Source: an uncultured Anaerolineae bacterium (GTDB lineage: Bacteria > Chloroflexota > Anaerolineae > JAADDB01). Taken from it: a DNA stretch of 61,693 bases. A program made the position numbers and the translations under genes. Within the stretch, counting starts at the first letter, position 1; each line of letters opens with the position of its first letter. The DNA lies in assembly GCA_964413905.1 (NCBI GenBank), contig CAYPUG010000002.1, positions 1 through 61,693 on the forward strand, in the 5' to 3' direction. Below, in pieces: positions 1-8,091 of this stretch. The notes beneath the pieces are model-generated. The model saw only the letters and a program-made list of their open reading frames with translations. It searched no databases and was not told the origin of the DNA.

Positions 1-15
1 CTTCATTGTCGCGAG

Positions 16-21
16 TACAAT
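16..21 (+). promoter_or_regulatory. -10-like hexamer TACAAT; a matching -35 would lie off the left edge
   Basis: TACAAT at 16-21, the same hexamer as in the better supported promoters at 48444 and 57794; no -35 visible in the window. Confidence 0.25.
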
Positions 22-42
22 GAGAGGTGAGACTTCAGGAAC

Positions 43-142
43 GGGTAGGAGAAGGAACGGCCTTCGCCTACCCGTGGCTGTGCAGACAAGGGAATTCCGA
101 CCCCAAGGGCTCGGAGAAGGTCGCCTTTTCCATTCCGATAGA
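43..142 (+). repeat. Intergenic repeat family A, copy A1 (hairpin plus conserved tail)
   Basis: GGGTAGGAGAAGG (43-55) pairs with CCTTCGCCTACCC (61-73) with one A.G mismatch. The tail TGCAGACAAG..AATTCCG...GCCTTTTCCAT..CGATA aligns with 39582-39680. Confidence 0.75.
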
Positions 143-173
143 TGCTTCATTGAGTCTCAGGAGATAGGGCAAA

Positions 174-1289
174 ATGATGAGTGAACGTAAACGCATCCTC
201 GTCGTTGACGACGACGCCCAGCTACAGCGGTTAATGGAATTGACGCTCAAACGACAAGGATACGATGTTATTCTCGCGTCCAACGGAGAAGAAGCCATCG
301 CGAAAGTCCTTTCAGAAAAACCCGATCTCATCCTCATGGATGTCATGATGCCGGACATGGACGGATACGAGGCCACAAAACGTATCCGCCGCCTGCCTGA
401 AGGACGCGATATCCCCGTCCTGTTCCTCTCCGCCCTCACTCACGTTGACGCGAAGGTAAAGGGCCTGCGCGTGGGAGGGAGTGACTACATCACCAAACCC
501 GTCCACTTTCCCGAATTGCTTGCCCGCATCGAAGCCCACCTCAGAGCGACCCTTCCTCCGTTAGGGTCTTTGATCACTTTACTGGGCACCAAAGCGGGCA
601 TCGGCACCACCACCTTAGCGGTCAACCTCGCCCTGGCCATTCGCCGCCAACAAAACGATGCCCAAGTCCTCCTGGTGGATTGGCGGCGGCCCTTAGGAGA
701 TGTAGCGATGTTCATGGGGCTGGCAGATCCAAAAACCATCGATTTGATCTTGCCCCAGATAGAACACCTGGACGAAGGCGTGATCTCTCAAATGATGACC
801 CCTTACGACGAAGGGATCAACGTCCTGGCCGGAAGCGTCAACCCAGAAAACGGGCAGAAGATGACTTTGGACGCGCTGAGCGCGTTGCTGGAGGTTTCAT
901 TAACGCTGGCCGATTACATCATTGTAGATGCCGGCGTCTTTTGGGATTGGCGCGAACCGCCGTTAGTAAGCAAAGATGTGGGCATGAACGTTTGCCTGCT
1001 TACCCCCGAAATTACCGCGGTCAAACGGGCATTGTTAGCCCTTCAAGCCACGGTCGGTGAAGAATATCACCTGCAGTTCGTGCTTTCCCATGAAAATCTA
1101 CCCGGAGGCATCGCGGGTAAACAATTGGAAGCCCACCTCAAGGCACCCATCTTGGGAAAACTGCCCTATGATCCGGAAACCACCACTCGCTCCATGAATA
1201 TAGGACGTCCTGTGTTACAAATGAATCCACGCTCACGTTACGGCCGGGCAGTTCAGACCTTGGCTAAAGCCGTTTTGGCAGGAGTGTAA
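174..1289 (+). CDS. Response-regulator receiver domain fused to a ParA/MinD-type (CpaE/TadZ-like) P-loop domain
   Basis: The N-terminus has a CheY-like DDD acidic pocket, the LMDVMMPDMDG acceptor Asp, and SA and KP motifs. The C-terminal domain has a deviant Walker A, GTKAGIGTTT. AGGAG lies upstream of the ATG doublet at 174/177. Confidence 0.85.
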   Translation: MMSERKRILVVDDDAQLQRLMELTLKRQGYDVILASNGEEAIAKVLSEKPDLILMDVMMPDMDGYEATKRIRRLPEGRDIPVLFLSALTHVDAKVKGLRVGGSDYITKPVHFPELLARIEAHLRATLPPLGSLITLLGTKAGIGTTTLAVNLALAIRRQQNDAQVLLVDWRRPLGDVAMFMGLADPKTIDLILPQIEHLDEGVISQMMTPYDEGINVLAGSVNPENGQKMTLDALSALLEVSLTLADYIIVDAGVFWDWREPPLVSKDVGMNVCLLTPEITAVKRALLALQATVGEEYHLQFVLSHENLPGGIAGKQLEAHLKAPILGKLPYDPETTTRSMNIGRPVLQMNPRSRYGRAVQTLAKAVLAGV

Positions 1290-1292
1290 CGC

Positions 1293-2117
1293 ATGGAGAT
1301 ACATCCTTACCCTAAGGCCATGCGGAACGGCCACCTCATCCCCGTGGAAGAGGCGACCATCCCGGTGACGACCTCCGCCCTGTACGGCGCGCTGGGCGTC
1401 TACGAAACAGTGGAAATCGTGCACGGGCGACCGTTCCGCCTGATGCAGCACTTGCTCCGCCTGGACGAATCCGCTACAGCCAGCGGGTTCACGGTCATGC
1501 CGCCCACAGACTACGTGGCCGAGTGGGTACCCACCCTGATAGACGCCAACGGTATTGACGAGGGATTGCTGCGAATCGTCTTGGTGGACCTGGGAGAAGG
1601 GCCGGCCACATACTTCCTCTACATCATGCAGCCCCCCGACTACCCGCGCGAGTGGTATGAGAAGGGCGTGCCGGTAACCACGTATCAGGGCGCCCGTTCT
1701 CTGCCCCTGATCAAGTCCCTGAACACGCTGGTGCCGGGGCTGGCCCGGCGAAAAGCCCAGTCTATGGGTGTGCACGATGCCCTCCTCATCGACCACCACG
1801 GCAACGTCACCGAAGGGTCCAACTGTAATGTGTTCGCGGTCATCGGCGGTGTCCTGATGACCGCGCCTTATGGCGCGGCGTTGGAAGGGGTGACCCTGTC
1901 GATTGTGTTGGATCTGGCCCGGGAGTTGGGCATTCCCACAGAGCGGCGCCCCCTGCCCGCGGCGGAGATCCACACGTGGGATGAGGCTTTCTTGACCAGC
2001 ACCCGACGGCACGTGCTCCCCATCAGCCGGGTGGATGACCACCTGATGGGGGTGGGCCCGGTCACACGGCGCCTCATGCAAGCATATGAGGATCTCTTCC
2101 GGCGGGAGATAGGATGA
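1293..2117 (+). CDS. Fold-type IV PLP aminotransferase (branched-chain / D-amino-acid aminotransferase family)
   Basis: Catalytic Lys context LPLIKSLNTL, GSNCNVF and FLTSTRRHVLPI motifs; starts 3 nt after the upstream stop. Confidence 0.85.
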   Translation: MEIHPYPKAMRNGHLIPVEEATIPVTTSALYGALGVYETVEIVHGRPFRLMQHLLRLDESATASGFTVMPPTDYVAEWVPTLIDANGIDEGLLRIVLVDLGEGPATYFLYIMQPPDYPREWYEKGVPVTTYQGARSLPLIKSLNTLVPGLARRKAQSMGVHDALLIDHHGNVTEGSNCNVFAVIGGVLMTAPYGAALEGVTLSIVLDLARELGIPTERRPLPAAEIHTWDEAFLTSTRRHVLPISRVDDHLMGVGPVTRRLMQAYEDLFRREIG

Positions 2118-2944
2118 GCACGCCCGTTCTCGTCAGCCGTAACGGAGCCGTCATTCCGCCGGAGGACGCGCGGGTCCACGTGCAGAACCCCGCGGTGACC
2201 AGCGCGCTGGGGGTGTACGAGACGCTGCAGGTGGTGAATAATCACATCTTTCACCTGGACGATCACCTGGGCCGGCTGCGCCGTTCCGCGGACGCGATTC
2301 ACTTGAAACTGCCCGCGAGCCTGGACACGCTGGCCGATTGGGCTCGTGACCTGGTGACCCGCGCTCACCCGTCAGAAGCCACGTTACGCATCCTCGCCCT
2401 GAACAGTGACCCCTACACGGCTCCTGCGGTGTACATGCTGCTCCTCCCGCCCATCCGTCATCCTCGCGAGTTGTACGAACAGGGCGCGGCAGTGGTGACG
2501 TACGATGGAGAGCGCGCGTTGCCCACGGCTAAAACGTTGAACACCTTGGTAAACTTCCTGGCCCGACAAAAAGCGCGGGCCCTGGGGGCCCACGAAGGAC
2601 TTTTAGTGGCCCGGGACGGGATTCGTGAGGGCGCGACGAGTAACATCTTCGCGGTCATCGGCGGCGCGCTGGTGACGCCCGCGGATCACCTGGTCATCGC
2701 GGGCGTTACCCGGGATATTGTGATCCGCCTGGCCCGAGAACAGGGATACCGTCTGATTTTCCGGCCCCTGCCTCGATCGTCTATTCCCCTCTGGCAGGAG
2801 GCCTTCATCACCAGCACCAGCCGCCACGTGATGCCGGTGACGTCGGTGGATGGGGTGCCCATCAACGGCGGGCAGATCGGCCCCATGACTCGGGAGTTGA
2901 TGGCCGCGTTCGAGGCGTGCTTTCGCCGGGAAGTGGGGCTGTAG
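2114..2944 (+). CDS. Fold-type IV PLP aminotransferase, tandem paralog
   Basis: LPTAKTLNTL, GATSNIF and FITSTSRHVMPV motifs parallel the upstream gene; ATGA start/stop overlap at 2114-2117. Confidence 0.85.
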   Translation: MSTPVLVSRNGAVIPPEDARVHVQNPAVTSALGVYETLQVVNNHIFHLDDHLGRLRRSADAIHLKLPASLDTLADWARDLVTRAHPSEATLRILALNSDPYTAPAVYMLLLPPIRHPRELYEQGAAVVTYDGERALPTAKTLNTLVNFLARQKARALGAHEGLLVARDGIREGATSNIFAVIGGALVTPADHLVIAGVTRDIVIRLAREQGYRLIFRPLPRSSIPLWQEAFITSTSRHVMPVTSVDGVPINGGQIGPMTRELMAAFEACFRREVGL

Positions 2945-3007
2945 CATTCCTCTCCGACGCGGCGGGATCTCGAAAGTGTGTGACCGGCCGCTGAGTCTTT
3001 CCGGGCG

Positions 3008-3862
3008 TTATCCCGCGCTTTCCGGGACATCCCGTGCCGGGCGCCACTCCCGCCAATCCTCCGGAAGAAGCCCTCGGGCCCGGGCTGAGGATTGGGATTG
3101 GTTGCAGGTGCACGTGGGCGTCTGGGAGAGCCGTTCCACAATGTGGACAAGCCGTTCCAGGATGAGGCGTAGCGCGGATCGCACTTCCCCCCGCGCGGGC
3201 TCAGGGGACCTATCGGCCCCGATCTCCGTGACCGTGCCCAGGATGCCGAAACACAGTTCCAGTTCTTTAGTGAAGACGACTTCGGGGATGGCGTTCATGC
3301 CCAGGACGGTCGCGCCCCATATTTGATACATGCGCGCTTCAGCCGGGGTCTCGCGCCGCGGACCATCCACGCCGATGTAGATGCCGCGGTGCACGTTCCC
3401 GCCCGCGCGTTCCAATTCCTCCCGCAGGATGCGGTGGGTCTCCGGACAGAAAGGAGGGACTTGGGAGAGGTAGCCAACGCCTCGGTCCTCAAACAGGGTG
3501 GTGGGCAGCCTTCGCGTCCAGTCGATGTAGTCATCAGGGATGACGATGTCGCCTCGGTGCAGGGTGTGATCGAGGGCGACCAGCCGTTCCCACAGGAGGA
3601 CGCGCTGTACGCCCAAGGTCTTCGCGGCCCAGATGGTCCCCCGGGGGTCCAGGCGGGTGGGGTGACCCGAGTACGGCAAGATGTACGTGCTGATGCCCGC
3701 TCGGTTGCGGCGCAGGGCAATCGGCCCCACCGGCCCCCACGGGGTGTCCACGTGGCGTTCGTCCACGCATTCCCCTAGGTGTTCTAAGGCTTTAGGTGGC
3801 AGGAAGACCGCGGGCAGAAGTAAGACCTTGGCCTGGTTCATGCCGTGTCTCTCCTCCGGCAC
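3008..3862 (-). CDS. Divergent MTAP/purine-nucleoside-phosphorylase family protein
   Basis: GPRRETPAEARMYQIWGATVLGMN..PE core. It lacks the N-terminal GGT glycine loop and the RHG and GSL motifs kept by its neighbour. C-terminal CTC motif. Confidence 0.75.
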   Translation of the reverse strand: MPEERHGMNQAKVLLLPAVFLPPKALEHLGECVDERHVDTPWGPVGPIALRRNRAGISTYILPYSGHPTRLDPRGTIWAAKTLGVQRVLLWERLVALDHTLHRGDIVIPDDYIDWTRRLPTTLFEDRGVGYLSQVPPFCPETHRILREELERAGGNVHRGIYIGVDGPRRETPAEARMYQIWGATVLGMNAIPEVVFTKELELCFGILGTVTEIGADRSPEPARGEVRSALRLILERLVHIVERLSQTPTCTCNQSQSSARARGLLPEDWREWRPARDVPESAG

Positions 3863-3869
3863 ATGCTGT

Positions 3870-4628
3870 TCACACCAGATATTGTACCGCTTCCAGAAGA
3901 ATTGGAAAACAGGTCTCCGCGACGATGGGGCCGAATTCCCGGCCTGAAGCCACGGTGGGGCGGATGCCGGTCGCGTGGTTGGTGATGTAGGCCAGGGACC
4001 CGTACCCGATGCCCAGTTCCCGGGCCAGCCAGACCTCTGGACACAAGGTCATGCCCACCACATCCGCCCCTGCCCGCCGGAACAGCCGAATTTCCGCCGC
4101 GGTCTCCAGGCGCGGTCCTTCGCTGCACGCGTAGACGCCCTCGGTGTGAACGGTGCCCCTGTGTTGAGCCACACTGTGGAGCAGGGCCTGCCGTGCGTTC
4201 TCTGCGAAGGCCGGGCCGGTCTGTCCCCACAGGCTCTCCCGGGGGTCCCCCTCACAGTACGTGTCCACCCGTCCCCGGGTGAAGTCCACGACATCGGAAA
4301 GGACGACCAGGTCCCGCACGGCCCAATCCGGGTGTAAACTTCCCACTCCATTCCAGGAGAGCATCCAACGGGCCCCCAGGCGGTGGGCGGCCCACACGTT
4401 AGCCCGGTGGTTGACAAAACGGGCGGAGCGTTTGAGTCCCCCTTCGCCGTGTCGGGAAGTGAATCCCACCAGGCCGGAAGGTGTCTCCAGCACGGTGATG
4501 GGCGCAGCAAGGCCGTAGGGCGTCTCCAGGGTGATGCGGTCACGGACGCGTGTGTACTGGCCTGGGTCTAACCAGTAGGCCGCGGTGCCGCCGATGATGA
4601 TGACCGGAAGTGTGTACGAGTGTGTCAT
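3870..4628 (-). CDS. S-methyl-5'-thioadenosine phosphorylase-like (MTAP/PNP family)
   Basis: IIIGGTAAY, SRHGEG, VNHRAN, GVGSL, GPRLETAAE and GMTLCPE motifs. Confidence 0.85.
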   Translation of the reverse strand: MTHSYTLPVIIIGGTAAYWLDPGQYTRVRDRITLETPYGLAAPITVLETPSGLVGFTSRHGEGGLKRSARFVNHRANVWAAHRLGARWMLSWNGVGSLHPDWAVRDLVVLSDVVDFTRGRVDTYCEGDPRESLWGQTGPAFAENARQALLHSVAQHRGTVHTEGVYACSEGPRLETAAEIRLFRRAGADVVGMTLCPEVWLARELGIGYGSLAYITNHATGIRPTVASGREFGPIVAETCFPILLEAVQYLV

Positions 4629-4640
4629 AGGGTATGAGAA

Positions 4641-4675
4641 CGTAATACGTGATACGTGATTCGTAATGCGTGAGT
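4641..4675. repeat. Five tandem heptamers CGTAATA CGTGATA CGTGATT CGTAATG CGTGAGT
   Basis: Read directly; begins 12 nt upstream of the MTAP-like start at 4628 (minus strand), in the divergent intergenic region. Confidence 0.8.
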
Positions 4676-4743
4676 TCCCGGGTCATGGGTTGGAATGTGG
4701 GGATATTATACCTGGTTGTGGGGGGATAGGGGAGTGGGAGGAA

Positions 4744-4772
4744 TTGGGTGGGCGATAGGGGGGACGTATAAT
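4744..4772 (+). promoter_or_regulatory. Sigma70-like promoter TTGGGT-17-TATAAT
   Basis: -35 at 4744-4749, 17-nt spacer, -10 at 4767-4772; GGAGGG RBS precedes the ATG at 4807. Confidence 0.5.
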
Positions 4773-4806
4773 GGGGTGAATGATGTGACCGAAGGAGGGT
4801 ATCCGC

Positions 4807-5033
4807 ATGAAGACGATGGGGCTACTTGGCGGCATGAGTTGGGAGAGCACGGCCCTGTACTACCGTTGGATCAACGAGATGGTACGAGACCGGCTGGGTG
4901 GACTGCACTCGGCCCGGATAGCGATGGTCCGTGTGGACTTCCAGGAGATCGAGGAGTTGCAGCACCAAAACCGCTGTTTGACACAACGGCCATTCATGCC
5001 CAAAAAGCCGTGGAATGGGCATTGGGTGGATAA
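4807..5033 (+). pseudogene. Aspartate/glutamate racemase family remnant with a large internal deletion
   Basis: The N-terminus MKTMGLLGGMSWESTALYYRWINE..LGGLHSA..VDFQEIEELQ matches the family N-terminus. A different frame ending at 5033 reads PLFDTTAIHAQKAVEWALGG, typical of the family C-terminus. The junction is near 4964-4975. Confidence 0.75.
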
Positions 5034-5051
5034 TTCTGCTGGAGGTGCTTA

Positions 5052-5525
5052 ATGCCCACGTGCTCTGCGGGGATGGTTGTGTTCGATGAGGTTGGCCGGG
5101 TGCTCCTGATCCTTCGGGAGGATGTGCGAATATGGGCGTTGCCTGGTGGGAAGGTGGAACCCGGGGAGTCGTTCGAGGACGCTGCCGTGCGGGAGGCTCG
5201 CGAGGAGACCGGGTATGAAGTCGTCATTGAACGGATGGTGGGGGAGTACCGACGGCCGCATCATCCCGAGGGTGGCGATGTGATGCGCGTGTACGTGGGG
5301 CGGGTCGTGGGCGGTGGCCCCGAGTACCGAGGCTGGGAAGCGGTGGCCGTACAGTGGTTCCCCTTGGATCGCCTACCCCGTCGTCTTTCCCCCTTGGCCC
5401 GGGAACACATTCGAGATGCCCGGGCTAACAGGGATCCCGTGTACAAGGAACAACACGTACCGCTTACATGGCATCTCCTCGGCCGAGCGGCCTTATGGTG
5501 GCGCAAGCGACGGCGTGGGAAGTGA
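5052..5525 (+). CDS. NUDIX hydrolase
   Basis: NUDIX box [23 protein letters not shown]; GGAGGTG RBS; TAATG overlap with the stop of the 81-aa read-through ORF. Confidence 0.9.
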   Translation: MPTCSAGMVVFDEVGRVLLILREDVRIWALPGGKVEPGESFEDAAVREAREETGYEVVIERMVGEYRRPHHPEGGDVMRVYVGRVVGGGPEYRGWEAVAVQWFPLDRLPRRLSPLAREHIRDARANRDPVYKEQHVPLTWHLLGRAALWWRKRRRGK

Positions 5526-5554
5526 GTACTACAGATTACAGAGAGAAATTGACA

Positions 5555-6031
5555 CTACTGCTTAGCCCTCAATTCTTCCTTTTGCAGAGCTTTGCGCTCT
5601 TTCGCGGCCTCCACCAACGTTTCCGCGGTACTCACCATCAAGGGTTTGACGCGCGGCCACGCGTGAATGACAAACGCCATGACCGCAAAAGCTTCCAAAC
5701 CACGTCCCATAAATAAGAGCACGTGACCTTTTAAGAACCACGGAGCAATGAGGACTAAAAGGAGTCCCACGTTCATGCTAATAAACGCCCCAAGTGCCCA
5801 GCCTTCACGACCACGACGCACCCCAAATCGCGGCAGAATCCAATAAGCGACACCCAAAATCAAGAGCGTAACCCAACCTAACAACGTCACATCGATGTGG
5901 GCCTCCAAAAGTCGCCAGGCCCAAGGCGCCCACGGGATGCCCTTATGGGATAAAATAATCGCCCCAAACGTGCCCCCCAAAGCAAGATACACCAACGAAG
6001 CCCGCACATACCATACACTTAACTTCGGCAT
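5555..6031 (-). CDS. Four-helix integral membrane protein, paralog pair member 2, unknown function
   Basis: Start moved to MPKLSVWYVRASL (ATG at 6031) behind an AAGGAGG RBS that overlaps the upstream stop. Hydrophobic, and shares LLGW..L.LGVA.W..P and AWPRVKP motifs with its neighbour. Confidence 0.7.
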   Translation of the reverse strand: MPKLSVWYVRASLVYLALGGTFGAIILSHKGIPWAPWAWRLLEAHIDVTLLGWVTLLILGVAYWILPRFGVRRGREGWALGAFISMNVGLLLVLIAPWFLKGHVLLFMGRGLEAFAVMAFVIHAWPRVKPLMVSTAETLVEAAKERKALQKEELRAKQ

Positions 6032-6041
6032 AAGATCCTCC

Positions 6042-6458
6042 TTACCGACGCGGCCGGACTCGGGGCCATGTGTTCCACACAAACGCTATAATTCCCGCCC
6101 ACTGCAACACGGCGGCCACGACCAGAGCCCACCCCCAAAGGGGTCCACGTCCCAACAGAGGTTCCGCAACGGCCCGCAGCACCAACCCCACATTGACACT
6201 TATCAGCGCAAACCACACGAGTCCCTCATTGCCTCGTGGCGCTTCGGGCGTGTAATTCGGAAACATCCAATGGGCTACGCCGAAGATCAACTGAGTCGCC
6301 CAGCCCAACATGAAAAAGTGAAAGTACACCGGAGACCACCGTGCGATCCAAGAAGGCCCCCACCCCATTTGACGTGCAGCCAATCCCAGGCCAACAAGCA
6401 ACGCACCGACCAAGTACAAGAGCGACAACCGCACAAACCAACGAGTTACACGAGGCAT
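6042..6458 (-). CDS. Four-helix integral membrane protein, paralog pair member 1, unknown function
   Basis: Start moved to MPRVTRWFVRLSL (ATG at 6458) behind AAGGAG; motifs MLGW..QLIFGVAHWMFP and TWPRVRP. Confidence 0.7.
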   Translation of the reverse strand: MPRVTRWFVRLSLLYLVGALLVGLGLAARQMGWGPSWIARWSPVYFHFFMLGWATQLIFGVAHWMFPNYTPEAPRGNEGLVWFALISVNVGLVLRAVAEPLLGRGPLWGWALVVAAVLQWAGIIAFVWNTWPRVRPRR

Positions 6459-6729
6459 ACTTCCGCTCCTTAGCATCAAAATCATTACAGCAGCCCCGAT
6501 GAACCGAGAAAACTCCCCACATGCACATCGGCCTAGGACTGCTGAAACATGCACGCCATTATAATCGAATATCAGAGTCAGAAAAAAACTCGCCGGTCCA
6601 TCATCTCCCAAAAGGAACAACGAATCGCCTATATCCCCACCGAGGCCTTCTCATCCTTGGTGCAGAATATAGAGATAGGGTAAGATCACCACAGTGCAAA
6701 CATTCTCAAGACCTATCACAGGACAACCC

Positions 6730-8091
6730 ATGACACCGAGCACACCCAACACATTAGAGGCCATCTACAGCCCCGCGGTGCTTGCCCGGCAGAAAGCACG
6801 TTATACTCGCCTGGTACGTGAATTTGAGCGGGTTTACGGGCCCGGACCGGTACGGATCTTTCGAGCCCCCGGACGGGTGAATCTCATCGGTGAACACACC
6901 GATTACAATCACGGCTTTGTCATGCCCGTGGCCCTGGACCGAGATACCCTCATCGCGGCACGCCCTCAATCCGATACCGTGGTTCATCTGGCCAACGTGG
7001 AACCTGAATTTCCCCACACGACCTTCGCCATCGATGATACCATCCCCCCCGCAGCCAGAGGGCATTGGAGCAATTACGCGCGAGGGGCGGCCCAACGCCT
7101 TCGACAAGAGGTCGGTCGCCCCCTCCAGGGCATGGATGCGCTGGTGGATGGCGCCCCACCTTTGGGCGTTCCTCGTGGTTCCGGGTTAAGTTCTTCATCC
7201 GCGTTTACCGTAGTATTTGCCCTGACGCTGGCTCACTTGAACCGATTACATTTTGACCCTCAAGATATGGCCCGCCTCTGCCAGGAAGCAGAATGGTATA
7301 CCGGCACTCAGGGAGGTATTATGGATCAATTTAACGCGCTCCTGGCCCGGCGGAACCACGCCATCTTCCTGGACACCCGCCCCCTTCCCAATGGACGTTT
7401 TCGCTTCGATTACGCACGTCTCCCCGAGGAGTATGACCTGGTCATCGCAGATTCCGGCGTCCGGCACAGCAACGTTCACGGGGGGTACAACCTTCGTGTC
7501 GCAGAATGCCGCGCGGCCGTTGCCCTCCTGCGCCAACACTATCCGGGCATCACCCACCTGCGGGATGTGCAACCCTTACCGTGGTCTGAACTCGAACCCT
7601 TGTTACCGGAAACAACGACATTACGCGCGTTGGCTCAACAGGGCATCCGGGTGGAAGGGCCTCTGCCTGGAGTAACCGAGGACGATACCTTGCACGTTCG
7701 AGCCCGAGCGCGTCACGTGTACACGGAAAATCAACGGGTACTTCAAGCAGTTGAAGCGATGCGGGAAGGAGACGTCGAACGCTTGGGTCGATTGATGGTA
7801 GAAGCCCATGAGAGTGCACGGACTGATTACGACATCAGTTGTCCGGAATTGGATACCCTCGTCCAGGCGGCCTTAGATGTGGAAGGGGTGGCCGGCGCGC
7901 GGTTGACCGGGGCAGGCTGGGGGGGATGCGTTGTCGCCCTAGCACATGAGGACGTTGTCCCTGTACTTAATGCCCATCTACGTGAGCGGTTTAATGCCCA
8001 ATTCGGACGACACCCTGATATCTTTGTCTGTCAATCCGCGCCGGCTGCAGGAGAAGTACTGTGGTCCGAAACGGATTCACTGATCGACTGA
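6730..8091 (+). CDS. galK: Galactokinase (GHMP kinase)
   Basis: GRVNLIGEHTDYNHGFVMP signature, GSGLSSSSA ATP loop, GAGWGGC. The ORF opens at a GTG at 6694; the ATG at 6730 is preferred. Confidence 0.9.
   Translation: MTPSTPNTLEAIYSPAVLARQKARYTRLVREFERVYGPGPVRIFRAPGRVNLIGEHTDYNHGFVMPVALDRDTLIAARPQSDTVVHLANVEPEFPHTTFAIDDTIPPAARGHWSNYARGAAQRLRQEVGRPLQGMDALVDGAPPLGVPRGSGLSSSSAFTVVFALTLAHLNRLHFDPQDMARLCQEAEWYTGTQGGIMDQFNALLARRNHAIFLDTRPLPNGRFRFDYARLPEEYDLVIADSGVRHSNVHGGYNLRVAECRAAVALLRQHYPGITHLRDVQPLPWSELEPLLPETTTLRALAQQGIRVEGPLPGVTEDDTLHVRARARHVYTENQRVLQAVEAMREGDVERLGRLMVEAHESARTDYDISCPELDTLVQAALDVEGVAGARLTGAGWGGCVVALAHEDVVPVLNAHLRERFNAQFGRHPDIFVCQSAPAAGEVLWSETDSLID

Noticed and set aside
1233-2081. 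282-aa minus-strand ORF
   Set aside because: It is antisense to the first class IV aminotransferase gene. It is a shadow ORF.
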